From: Haliotis rufescens
Taxonomy: Eukaryota
Reading direction: 5' to 3'
Length of the DNA: 64,000 nucleotides
Assembly: GCF_023055435.1 (NCBI RefSeq)
Contig: NW_025963791.1
Span: 806,001-870,000 of the forward strand
Below, in pieces: positions 37,777 to 50,699 of this stretch (its first letter is position 1; the number at the start of each line of letters is the position of its first letter). Position numbers and translations under genes: made by a program. Under the pieces are notes generated by a model, which was not told the origin of the DNA, searched no databases, and saw only the letters and a list, made by a program, of their open reading frames with translations.

Positions 37777-40700
37777 ATGGGAGAAAAGACCACACGAAAA
37801 CGTCCTGGTGTAAAGAACAAATCACAAGAAAGCAAAGGGTAGGTGCAAACCTTCTAGTAATTTACAATATTAATTAATAGTCAGGAAAAGTGTGTGTGTG
37901 CGTGCACAGGTCTGTAAATAATTGTGTCTGGACTAGACAATCCAGTGGTTGATGTTATGAACAACTATTCATGGCATTGTGGTACAATATGACATGCCAT
38001 CAATCAAGCCACCAAGTCTGACCTACAAAGTTGCCTCTTGTGACCAACATAGGTTGCTGGGAACCGACTCTGGAATCCAATTTCTATTCAGGAAAAGAAT
38101 ATTCCTAAGCAAGGAATTCTGCCATTATGAAGATTCCTTATTTCAAAGCCATTTCATTCTTAGCCTAAGTTTAGTGGTTGAAAAATTGTTGAGGTATATT
38201 TTTTATCAAAATATATTTTCATTATTATATCATCCCTACTTATTTGTTTTTTAGGGCCCGTTATATTAGCTTAGCTTTTGTAATTGTTTATTACTTGACT
38301 TGGGATTGAACCTGTTGTTACAGAGGTGTAGCTGACAACAGCAAGTCATCACCAGGTCCTTCAGCTGGAGTCTTCCTCCTCCTCATCACCCTGGCTGCTG
38401 CACTGTGTGGCTACTACTTCTTGTTGGCAGCCCCAGACACAGTGTTTGTGCGGGTGGCCGACCATGTACAGCGGGCGGTATATAATGTTCCATGCTCTAA
38501 AGATTATTCACAAGAAGAATTTCAAGGTTACTGAAGCCTATATTTTTTTATTCAAATGTGTCTCAGTATTTGTTATGTGTAGGATATGACATGTCAGAGG
38601 TTTTGTTTTTAAATCTTATAAAAACCCGAGGGTAAGTGTTTTATCTAACTTATAAACAAAAAAAAGAAACTTAAAACAACATTTTGAAGTTTCAAACATA
38701 CTTTCTATGAACATGATGAACCTTAGGAATAGGTCGTAAAATCTATGTTGCTGGCGTACAGTTACTTGAAAAAGACATTCTTAAAAGCATTGTGATTTAT
38801 CAGCGCCTCTGTAGCCTACTGGTACTCCCTGGGCTGGAGATACAAAGGTTGCGTGTTTCATCCACGGGAATATAAAGAAAACGTTTGTAATCTGATTTTA
38901 CATTTTATTACATTCTGTTCAAATGCAAAATAAATTTCTGGCGAGAAACATTCATAAGTTACAATATAAACACAAGCTGTATTAATAAAATCCCCGGGAT
39001 TTTATATAAAATCCTGGCGATATTATAACATATTATATTGCAAATATCCCCGGGATATTATATAAAATCCTGGGGAAATTATAACATCGCTGTTTATGAG
39101 ATTTAACCCGACTGGAGAAAAATAGGATGATGTCACTGGAGGTAGGAATATTAAGAATGCATTCCACTATTATGAGGGGAAGGTGTTGTAGCCTAGTGGT
39201 TAAAGCACTGACTCATCACACCACAGACTGGGTTCATTTCCCACATGGGTTCAAAGTGTGAGCATTATATTGGAAAGCACCACCATCATGTCTGGAATAT
39301 TGCTATTACATAAATATAAGTCTTTGAATGGCATTTCGAAGTGATACACATAACAGAGAGAATTTATGAATGCCAAATTCTTTATTACGAGGAACACAAT
39401 ATTTCAGAGTATTTTCTTACTCCTTCATCATTTGCCTACTTTCCTGTTATCTGTAATATTTCAGCAGGACAAGTAATATTTGAAATCTCCTGTTCCACCT
39501 GTTGAGGAACACACTCCATGTTGTAAACACTTCAGTATTATAGACATACAACAGAATGGTGTGGCAGCACCTTTCTGACCAGGTATCTTGTTGGCCAGCT
39601 CTTGTATGATTGGCTAACACAGTTAGAGAGGCCTCCTGACCAGCTGATGGGTCCATGTGGCTGGTCCCATCACTTCTTTACAGATTCTGATCAGGGAAGC
39701 ATCCATAAGTCTTTGGACAGACTTTCATGTAATAGGTTTTCAATGATTAAATAGTATGTTTGATATTATTGTACAGTATCTGATTGCCATGGCTGGTATG
39801 TTTCAGACTGTAAGCCGAAGAGATGTGGAAGAGTGGTGATGGATGACCTGGTGCGGCAGGAAGATGCTGAATACTTGCTGAGGTAAACACTAGTGCTGGA
39901 TGTGTCCACTCAGATGCTGCAAAAGACACTCAAAAAGTGATAATTCCACACCTGCCATTATGACCTATGGAGGTTGTTTATCTCCATGGATGCCACTGTG
40001 GCAGGTTATCTCCATGAATGCCACTGTGGCAGGTTATGTCCGTGAATGCCACTGTGGCAGATTATATCCGTGAATGCCACTGTGGCAGGTTATATCCGTG
40101 AATGCCACTGTGCCAGGTTATGTCCGTGAATGCCACTGTGGCAGGTTATGTCCGTGAATGCCACTGTGCCAGGTTATGTCCGTGAATGCCACTGTGGCAG
40201 GACGTGTCCGGGAATGCCACTGTGCCAGGTCGTGTCCGTGAATTCCACTGTGCAAGGTCGTGTCCGTGAATGCCACTGTGGCAGGTTCTGTCCGTGAATG
40301 CCACTGTGCCAGGTCGTGTCCGTGAATGCCAATGTGCAAGGTCGTGTCCGTGAAAATGCCACTGTGGCAGGTCGTGTCCGTGAATGCCACTGTGGCAGGT
40401 CATGTCCGTGAATGCCACTGTGGCAGGTTATCTCCATGAATGCCACTGTGGCAGGTAATGTCCGTGAATGCCACTGTGGCAGGTTATGTCCGTGAATGCC
40501 ACTGTGGCAGGTTATGTCCGTGAATGCCACTGTGGCAGGTCGTGTCCGTGAATGCCACTGTGGCAGGTCGTGTCCGTGAATGCCACTGTGCCAGGTCGTG
40601 TCCGTGAATTCCACTGTGCAAGGTCGTGTCCGTGAATGCCACTGTGGCAGGTTCTGTCCGTGAATGCCACTGTGGCAGGTCGTGTCCGTGAATGCCACTG

Positions 40701-43700
40701 TGGCAGGTCGTGTCCGTGAATGCCACTGTGGCAGGTCGTGTCCGTGAATGCCACTGTGGCAGGTCGTGTCCGTGAAAATGCCACTGTGGCAGGTCGTGTC
40801 CGTGAATGCCACTGTGGCAGGTCGTGTCCGTGAATGCCACTGTGGCAGGTCGTGTCCGTGAAAATGCCACTGTGGCAGGTCGTGTCCGTGAAAATGCCAC
40901 TGTGGCAGGTCGTGTCCGTGAATGCCACTGTGGCAGGTCGTGTCCGTGAATGCCACTGTGGCAGGTCGTGTCCGTGAATGCCACTGTGGCAGGTCGTGTC
41001 CGTGAATGCCACTGTGAGTGAGTGAGGTTTTACGCCGCTTTTAGCAATATTCCAGCAATATCATGGCGGGGGACACCAGAAATGGGCTTCACACATTGTA
41101 CCCATGTCGGGAATCGAACCCGGGTCTTGGGCGTGACGAGCTAACGCTTTAACCACTAGGCTACCCGACCGCCCCGAATGCCACTGTGGCAGGTGATGTC
41201 CGTGAATGCCACTGTGGCAGGTGATGTCCGTGAATGCCACTGTGGCAGGTGATGTCCGTGAATGCCACTGTGGCAGGTCGTGTCCGTGAATGCCACTGTG
41301 GCAGGTCGTGTCCGTGAATGCCACTGTGGCAGGTCGTGTCCATGAATGCCACTGTGGCAGGTTATGTCCTTGAATGCCACTGTGCCAGGTTGGAACATTT
41401 GTTTTATTAGACACTTTACTATTTATTATTAATAAATCAGGGTTAAATTACCAGACTCAAAATATTGAGTAATCATACATCACCATGGTGAAATCATGTG
41501 CACTGCCTATCCCCTGGGGCCAGCATCTGCAAGCAGCTAGCAGCCTACAGTGTCTGGGTAAATCCAGCAACAGTATTTCTTGCCATGTTCCAGGCATATT
41601 TCATACAGTAGTGCTTTAGATTGCCAGGGAGGCAGGTTCACTGACCCAAGGAAGAACAACTGACCCTCCGTCTGTACAGTATGTTTCAAATCTGGACTAT
41701 GATGGTGACATGACCCTCAAGGACTGACACCAGTCTCTGTGACTACAAAACTCTGTATTTATGAAGTCACTTGAGTGAAAAATGGAAGTGTTGTTACCGC
41801 ATCGTAACCTCTTGTTTCAGGGTAGCTGAGAAGGGCCTCGCCCTGGGTGGATCAAGCGGAGGGGTAAGACTGAGTGAGTGAGTGGGTGCTGTTTTATGCC
41901 ACAGCAATATCACAGACGGTCAGGATGGGCTGTGAAGCACAGTCTTGGCCAGGCAAACCAGTAAAACAACTGGCATGAGTAAAAGTCGCCTGACTATGAC
42001 ACACAACCACCTGATGCTCAGTCTGCCATCATGACAAACATGGCAAACTTTTCTGCCCAGCCTGTATATAAAGGCATCAAGTAATTATTAATGCAATGTT
42101 TAAACATAAAGGCAACATACTGTATATTTCATAGCCTTTGGGTTTATTTTGTTTACCCTTATGGTATGATTTGTTTGTTTGTTTGTTGTTAACGCTGCAC
42201 TCAGCAATATTCCAGCTATATGACGGCAGTCTGTAAATAATCGATGATCCGGTGATGACAAGCATCAACCAAGTCAGCAAGCCTAAACACCCAATCCAGT
42301 TTATGGTATGGCTTGAGATGACAATCGATCAAATAGACATAACTCTATATTGTGACTTTTCTGCACTAACATGGGCTACAACTTCCTCCATATCTCCAGG
42401 GCTCGCATTTGATAAACCTACACTAAACCCTGGACCCACTTTCGTGGATCCCACCCTCTGTTTTCATTTACATTCTACTGACCAATCAAACATCACGATA
42501 GGGAGAATGGAAATGGGTAGAGGAGGTGGACGTAAAGACATCCTTTGCGTCAAAATGATTTTTAAGGGCTTTCTTTTGCATTTCAACATATTTTTTTATG
42601 TTTCTTAACTTGCAACTATTTTTATCAGTGGGACTGCCCACCATGTTCTTGATATTGCCAACCCAATATTGAAGCTGGTTTGTAACTCAGAATCGGATTG
42701 GTCCTTTAGACTAAGAGAGTGTAGAAAATCAAATTACCCCATGCAAATCAAGGCGATTATTTTGAGATTGCAGGAATGACAGGCATGGACGCATGGGTAA
42801 GTGTAGGTTCACCGAAATGCGAACCCTGGAGATACAGAGGATGGGACTCCAGCTTAATTAGTCACAGTACAATTAGTCATTCTGAGACTGCATGATTGTA
42901 TGTGAGTATGGGACCACGGACAGGATACGTTCACCAAACAGTTACTGTCTTTGATAGATATCAGATTCCATGGTCTAGACAGTTAACCAGTGCTGCTGAT
43001 GTTGTTATTAATACCTCTTACATCTACATCCTCAGGCTTCTATCCTGGATCTACACACTGGAGCTTTGTCAAAGGATAACGCATTCATTGATATATACAG
43101 GTAGTAGTAGTCTGCTGGCTGTTGATGAATATGTTAGTGAGATTGTGTTTACTTTACAGACCCTTGTAGCAGTCGGTTTACTGTCTGTATCAGGACAGGA
43201 GTGGTAGATTCTACTAACGGCTGGGACGATTCCAAATGTATTTCCCAGGGACCCGGACCCCCTATTACCTGACCCTACCCGGTTACCCCAAATCTCTGAT
43301 TGGGAATGGTTTTACCCTGGCAAAAACTATTTATATATAAGTGTAAACCGATTTTGTCGTGCATACACTGGAGCTGACTGAAACTTTATCTTTACTCAAA
43401 CATATGAAAGTCAGAAGGTATGTGTGCACAGTCAGTAAGCAATGCAAACATTAGCCACTTGTTGTGTAACCATGGAGTTTTATGGGTATTGTCAATAAAT
43501 AATATATCACGTGACCAACCATGGGTCCCAAGTACCCAGGTTGCCTGTCCCAGCCCTAGTAGATACAGGTTGTTCATGTAGGAGTTCAACATTCCTCACA
43601 AACCAGGTCACAGATCTATACACATGGTTGGGGTGTCAGGACCCACTTGAAATGGTGAAAGTTAGGGATGCTGGATCTGGAAAACATATTACAAAATGAC

Positions 43701-45932
43701 TATTTATTTTAAAATTATTTCCTGACATCCTGGGTATGGTTGCAGTGTCTGTCTTGTAAGAAATAATTTGGCATGACATTTACTTAGTAAGGTTTGTACT
43801 TCCCAATATGTAACATATGTTTTCATCACATCATTTAGACTGTACCTACAAATACTGTCAAACAGTTTGAGAGCTTCCTAATCCTACAAAATATTTACCA
43901 ACTTTCCATAGGAAGCAATTCTTTGTTATGAATTTTGTGTCCTGCCTATATAGGTGTCCAGCAAACAACAGTTCACATTTATCAATGTATGTCTGCACTG
44001 ACCATAGTCTCAAGTGTGCCTATAGTGGTGGCACTCCAGCCATGTCTCAGTGCAGAGAACGGACTTCTCACATTGCACCCAGGTGGCAATGAAGTTACAT
44101 GGAAACTTTCACATTTTATATATAGTTTATACATTTTCTTGTGGCAATAGGAGCATTTTGAATACAATTCACATACTTGTATTTGAAGAGGTATCTGTTT
44201 GTCTTTTACAGATTACTTAAAGCAGAAAAGATTGACTTATTAACAGAGAAAGATTTTAAGATTTACAAGTAAGTAAAATTTGAGTTGATACAAAGTTCTT
44301 ACACTTTACACTTAACATCTCCTGATGAAAGATGTTTTGGATTTGCTGGTGTTATCTAGTATTTGAGGCAAGTCAAGGCATGAGAAGGAAGAGTTTTAAG
44401 AGTTCAATTTCTGAGCATCTAACACTTAATTAAACCAACAATTCTAAAAACATAGATTTTCAATTGATAAACAAGTAAATATACCAAATTGTTAACATTC
44501 CAGGAAAGTCAAGGACCAGATCCATGATGCCATTGCCGCAGAGTTTGGGGTGCCGCCAGGGAAACTGTATCTGACAAAGCCAACCTTCTTCTCTAGAATG
44601 AACATGACAACGCCCAAGACAATACACGATGAATACTGGCATGCTCATGTTGACAAGGTGTGTCTAACAAGAGGCCAGCTGGAGGATGTCTAGGAGTCTC
44701 ACTTAACATTCTACTTCATTTACCAATTGGTCAACTCTAGGGCTGGGACGAGTCCAAATTTACTACCCGGGTACCCATCCCCCTATTATCCGACCCTACC
44801 CAGATACCCGCTGTAGGTCTCAAGAGATGGGTAAAACATGTCCGATTGGGAATAGTTTGACCCTATTCCTGTCAAAATAAATTTAGATATATGTATAAAC
44901 CGATCTGGTCATGCATACACTGAAGTTGACTGATGTTTTATCAATATGCAAACGTATAAAGTCAGAAGGAATGTGTGCAAAGTCAGAAAGAAATGTGAAC
45001 ATTTATCCCTTATAGTGTAACCATAGAGTTCTAGATAATTTTTGCCATTAAATATAATCACGTGACTAACCACGGGTCTGGGTGGACCTGTTCTATGGTC
45101 TAATGCATATTTCAACCTAGGTCTCCACTTTGTAATATGGAGTCATGACTGTCTGACACATTGAGACATTGACTGTGTGTGATAAGTGTAATATTTTACT
45201 GTAGCAGACAAAAAGTGGAACATTAAATGACTTTATTCAAAATGACTAGGATTGCGAATTGACCCAAGTCTCTGTGTGAGAGATCACTTCTTTAGGGGCA
45301 TTCTATTGAATGTTTTATCTGTACACCAAGTAATAAGAAGACATTGCTTGTGCTAACGTCCTTGTGACTTGTGTATGCAGGAGACTTACGGCTCCTTCCA
45401 CTACACCTCCCTGCTCTATCTGGCTACCTACAAGCAGGACTTTGATGGCGGCAGGTTTGTGTTTGTGGACACCGATGCCAACAGAACAGTGGAACCGAAA
45501 CTAGGTAGGGATATCGGTGAATGGATTGACTGAATAAATATTAGGCCACAACAAACTGATTAAGTTTCACCCTTTCAAGCAATGAAAACAGTTTTTTTCA
45601 TATTTTGAAAAATTTATGAAGATTTTGCATATTAACGTTTTGTTCTAAACTGACAGTTCTGGTATAGAAATGTACACTGACACATAAAACATAAATAGAC
45701 TGAGCTGAAGCAGATGTTTTCATATATCAATAAGAATGTTTTCAACATGTCAGTGGGAATGTTTTCACCAGAATTCATGTTCCATTTTTTTTCAGGGCGT
45801 GTGTCTTTCTTCACTTCAGGCTCGGAGAATGTCCATTTTGTAGAACGTTTGACAGATGGAGTACGATATGCAATTACTGTGTCATTTACATGTGATCCTA
45901 GCAAAGCTATTTCCGACCCAGAGTCGAGGTAA
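37777..45932 (+). CDS. OGFOD3: 2-oxoglutarate and Fe-dependent oxygenase domain-containing protein 3, 9 coding exons
   Basis: Exons 37777-37838, 38324-38526, 39807-39882, 41821-41863, 43036-43100, 44212-44268, 44504-44657, 45381-45504, 45796-45932 are all phase-consistent. N-terminal TM helix, then VPCSKDY, CKPKRCGR, AEKGLALGGSSGGASILDLHTGAL, LTKPTFFSR, HDEYWHAHVDK (HxD), GRVSFFTSGSENVH..RYAIT. Confidence 0.95.
39990..41390. repeat. 28-bp minisatellite GAATGCCACTGTGGCAGGTCGTGTCCGT in OGFOD3 intron 3
   Basis: Tandem units seen directly. No unique spacers. Confidence 0.97.
41017..41175 (-). mobile_element. tRNA-SINE family A inserted in the 28-bp satellite
   Basis: Full-length copy with 13-bp duplication gaatgccactgtg. 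Confidence 0.9.
43214..43558. mobile_element. hAT-like MITE (TAGGGCTGGGAC TIR); second degenerate copy at 44738-45120
   Basis: Ends ..ggctgggac / gtcccagcccta. The two copies are homologous. Confidence 0.65.
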
Positions 45933-48900
45933 TCCTTCCATGTTTGTGAATAAGACACAATAAAAACATATTCTTCTATCAGTGTAAGCTCAGTTGCTCT
46001 CTGACCAGCTGATTTCTAGTGGACATTATTGATTATGTGTGGGTGGGCTCTTTAAACCAGGTCCCAGTGAGATTTTCTCTGTGCCTTGGGTGCTGGGGGT
46101 GTTACATATGTTCACAACCAGGTGTTTGATTTCCCTCATGGGTACAAGTATTCTGTCTCACAGTCCCTGAACCATATGACAAACCCTTGTGACCAGCCCT
46201 TACTGTACAGAAATACCTCTAAGAGAAGCAAGTCTAGATTTTCCTCAGGTTCATCTCTTAGGGGCTGCTCCTTTTCAATTTAAATGTAGTTGCTGTTTCT
46301 GTGATAATTATATATTTTCTGAGACTAAGCGTTAGTATCGGCTAATAATGTGGTGGGGTGGCTTGAACAATGTGAGGTTGGTTGGTTGGTTTGTTTGTTG
46401 TTTAACACCGCACTCAGCAATATTCCAGCTGTATGTCTGCCGTCTGTAAATAATCAAGTCTGGAAATCATGAGCATCGATCCACGCAATTGGGATACGGA
46501 TGGATCCGGGTAGAATAGGTCTTCAGTAACCCATGTTGCCATAAAAGGCGACTATGAATGTCGTAAGAGGTTACTAACGGGATCGGGAGGTCAGGCTCGC
46601 TGACTTGGTTGATGCATGTCATATTGCGTCATATAGCTGGAATATTGCTGAATGCGGCGTTAAACAAACAAGCAAATAAATGGGATACGATGACATGTAT
46701 CAACCAAGTCAGCGAGCCTGACCACCCGATCCCGTTAGTCGCCTCTCTGGATTGTCTGGTCAAGACTCGATTGTTTACAGATCGCCGCCATATAGCTGGA
46801 ATATTGCTGAGTGCTGCGTTAAACAACAAACTAGCTACTAAAACAATTTTGTCCAAGCGTGGTTTGTTTGAACAGAAAGAGCTTCGTACCAGCACTGAAT
46901 AGAAAACGTTAAAACGCCTTCAACACAACAACGATGAGAAAGAGAATACGCACTCTTGTTAACAGTAAAAGATCTTAATTTTTCTTGAAAACAGCATCAG
47001 TGTTGATATTCCAGTTGCTGACTTGGCGTTAAACCAAACTCACTCACTAGCCTGGGAAAGGCCGCTGAACATTGTCCCCTTATTAAAGTTAGCTTCGTCG
47101 TTTGAGACAATTTAGAAACACATGTCAAATCAGGTTAAAAGCCTTGCAGATTTCAAGCACGTGTTCACCAGCATCATCACGTGATGTCATAGTTACGAGG
47201 TCTACCTATCAGGGCTCATTTCCGTTGCGCTAGTTTCCAGAGCGCGTTAATTCCAGACGACATGAATCGAAACAAGTAACGTGTATTCAATAACTGAAAC
47301 GGTGCATGTCGATTTGATGGCAAGAAGCTGATAAAATGGAGAATATATGCTTCGACACTGATATTTCTACTATTTACACGATACGATAAACGTTGTTTCC
47401 TATTTGTGATGTGCATTATAAATCTGGAAGGATATCAATATAGAAACGGGTTTTTTTTTATTCTTGTCTAGCTGTTAATTTTGAACAAACGTTGCACATG
47501 ACAAGGTAAAGTGCAGGAATATATAAATAATTAATCTGTTCTGACCATGTTCACGTATAACTTATTACTAGTTCCCTTAGAATAACATGTGAGATAATGC
47601 CACAGCTATCTGTTCTGATTAAAATAATTAAACCGTATGTCTTTTCTATTATCCAATATTAACAACATAAGAACTGTACGCAAAATGAGCTGTTCACTCC
47701 ACCGATTCTGGGCATGTGTAATAGCTAGTTTCATCATCTGTACTAACAACAGTAAATACGGCAAAACGATGCAATTTGCTGTATCCATTTACTTGACGTT
47801 AATCTGTCTCGCCTCACAAGAACAGGCTGAACATACAAGAAATATATTACTGGTTTGACAGGCAATATAATAATGCCCACAATGTTTGTTACTCTGACAT
47901 ATTGGAATAAGGCACTACACCTGCCGATGCATTTATTAGTTTCATTTTAACACGGTCTGTTTGACTATGTAAACATATTCAACCTGAATTTTGTGATATA
48001 TCCTAGTAACATGTGAAAGTGCTTTTCACTTTGTATTCTGTACCTCCATAAGAGCATATTTGCTTATGTGACGTTTGACAATATTTATTCAGCTGGTCTT
48101 TATTTATGAATATATAGAGAATCTCAGTGTCTTTTGATATCAAATATATCAACACGAGTTGATAAAAGTGGACAAAACTCCGATAAAGACACGTCAAAAT
48201 ACACGAGGGCGTGATTTTATTTAGCAACTTATATCATTCTTAAATCGAAATACGCGCAAAAAGATCAGTGATTTAAAATTATAAAAGCGATATCTACAAT
48301 GTACATATAGCCCAAGCGGTATCTCCTGTGGGAACCAGTTTTGGATGATAAACAGTTATGTATGCAAAAGCGTCAAGGCTCTCGAGAAGTGAGTGTAGGT
48401 TTATTGCTGTATAATTCCCAATAAGCAAACTGTTACCATTAACTGACTGCATGTCGTAATGGACCATAAACTAGATCGGGTGGACAGTCTTGGTTGATTG
48501 CTGAAGTTTATGGGCCTATTAGCTTTTGTAAACTAACATGATGAGCAAGCATTGTGTGTCGGTTTACCTTCAGTTAATCAAATCCCAAAGTCTCTCTGCA
48601 TCTGAAGAACCGAATCGATGAGCTGGAAATTTTTTTCTGACATAATATGTCAGAAATTCGTGGTTATATATAACATTTCGCTTTCCACAACCTATGATTC
48701 CTACCATGTGAATTTGGAGTTATGCTAAAAGAATATCCATTTAATTTCCACCAAGGATCTCAGGAATCTGTTTAATCTAATAACACACACCCTACATCTC
48801 ACAAAAATCAGATCTAAGTTGTGGTTACTGCTTTGTTTAGCGGAAGCAAGAACTAACATCTGATTTTAATGAGACACCCCGCCCCCTTTACCCTCTCTCA

Positions 48901-49211
48901 ATGTTACATAATGCTAGAGAGTTGTGTTTAAATGTAGAACATAATTCCAACATTTCATGGTATAAACTAACATGCAATTACAAGGGAAACTTACACCACC
49001 AGAACGGAAAACAACATTTATGAAAATATTAAAATCTGGAATGACAATAAGGGTCATGAAAATATTCATTCATATAAGATAATATAATTTTGCATTATTC
49101 AAATAGTCGAAATAGTCATCTTGTGTTCTTTTGGAACAGTTTTACAGAAAATATTTAGGTTCTTAAATGCTATAAAAGTTCCACTAGTTTTGAGTCACAT
49201 GAAATGTCCAT

Positions 49212-50263
49212 TTAGTACAGAGTGAACAATCTCTTGATGAAGCTGAATACACTGGAGCTGCAGCATGCTGTCACAAATGACTGTGGTGGCGTTATTTCTT
49301 CCAGGTGGCTCATGTCAATGAGGACATATGTGTCTGGCTTTACATGCTTCACTGGCTTTACGTGCTGTACTGCAAATGGTCCTGTTGGATCTCCCAAGTC
49401 TATCTCGGGGATGTCTTGCTCCAAGTTCATGGAGGAACCACACAGTGACGGACGGGCAGGGTTGGGGAGAGGGGCCTGGGTTATGGGCAGGGAATCAACT
49501 TCAGCAGTTGAGAGCTTAGAGAGGAAAGAGAAAGAGCGTATAGATGGTTTACAGAATAAGTAAAGCAGACAAAAAGTGTAGAATATTGTTAAGGTAATGT
49601 ATGGGGGTTAGTCATAATCCGTTGATTCCAACCAAATTGGAATAAACAAATGGTTTTTAACCTGTGAATTTCCATAAACTAATGTCAAAGTTATCTACGT
49701 GCACTTGTTTTTATCATGATTTTAGAACAACAGTCAATGGCATGAAAACTATATGTCTAAATATACAGTACTTATCTTTATACGTTTCCAAAGAGCCTAT
49801 ATGTGACTCCTGATGTTAGGATTCCCCTATAAGCCCATGTTCTATGTTTAGGCATAACCCCCCTTTTACACAAACACACAAAAATGCCCTACATGACCTA
49901 CTGGGAGAGGAACAGGAAGGTCGGAGAGGGAGGCAGCAATGGTAGGTCGCCGAGATTTTCTCAACTCTTCCCGAGCTGCCCAAAGAAATGAAGCATGAAC
50001 AAATGGTGCATAAACCGTTTGCCTCACTTTCAAGGCAAATCAGAAAAATAAATTGACAGTTAAAATAAAGTTGACCCTATGCCTTGAAATGAAAATAGAG
50101 TAACCTGTTACGTGCAGGAAGTTATCCAGGAAATCGCGTTTGATCAACGGGCATAAATCCTCCGGATCCAAAGCCAGATGTATCAAAAGACGTACCAAAT
50201 ACTAAATCCACAATACTAAAATATGATACCTTGATGAAAGACGCTTGCCACACTCGTGAACAT
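49212..50263 (-). CDS. Uncharacterised 136-aa protein, 3 exons (paralog A)
   Basis: Exons 50263-50230, 49975-49902, 49514-49212. GCACCATG start, GT-AG introns, phases 1 and 0 consistent. Translation: MFTSVASVFHQAREELRKSRRPTIAASLSDLPVPLPLSTAEVDS..VKPVKHVKP..ACCSSSVFSFIKRLFTLY*. Confidence 0.72.
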
Positions 50264-50346
50264 GGTGCTGACCTTGCGTGAAGTGTGTAACAAATCGCAA
50301 AATAAGAGCGGAGACTTGAAGTTTGCAACAGTGATGCTAAAACAAC

Positions 50347-50395
50347 AATGGCGTCGTTTACAGACAAAAGTCACCATGGAGACGTTCTCGCGAGA
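50347..50395. promoter_or_regulatory. Promoter motifs of paralog A: X-box-like GTCACCATGGAGAC (50370-50383) and palindrome TCTCGCGAGA (50386-50395)
   Basis: Located ~110 bp upstream of the ATG. Identical in paralog B (59433-59458). Confidence 0.55.
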
Positions 50396-50699
50396 TCACA
50401 ACGTTTTTTGATGAACTGGTACCCGGTATATATGATGAACCGGTATCTTGTGCGCTCTGCGTAGAGCGCTATGAGTCTACTTCTTGGGGCGAGTGAGTTT
50501 GGTTTTCCGCCGTATTGGCCTCACACATTTTACCTATGTTGGGAATCGAACCGGATCTATTTATGTCTCAAGTGATTTCATTCATGACAGATAACCCATT
50601 ATACTAGATCTGCACATTCCTAATCCAAACAAAATCAAGGTTAGGAAGTTTGAGTTTTTATATTTTTCAGTTGGAAAGCTGGAAAACGAGAGAGGTTTT

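Noticed and set aside
39990-41390. CRISPR-like array (28-bp partly palindromic repeat)
   Set aside because: Units are contiguous with no unique spacers, there are no cas genes, and it lies in a eukaryotic intron.
40118-41414. ORFs up to 260 aa on the minus strand
   Set aside because: Three-frame cycling translation of the 28-bp satellite plus a SINE.
49222-49563. Plus-strand 113-aa ORF (and 58262-58621)
   Set aside because: Antisense shadow of the spliced minus-strand gene. It has a non-ATG start and no splice support.
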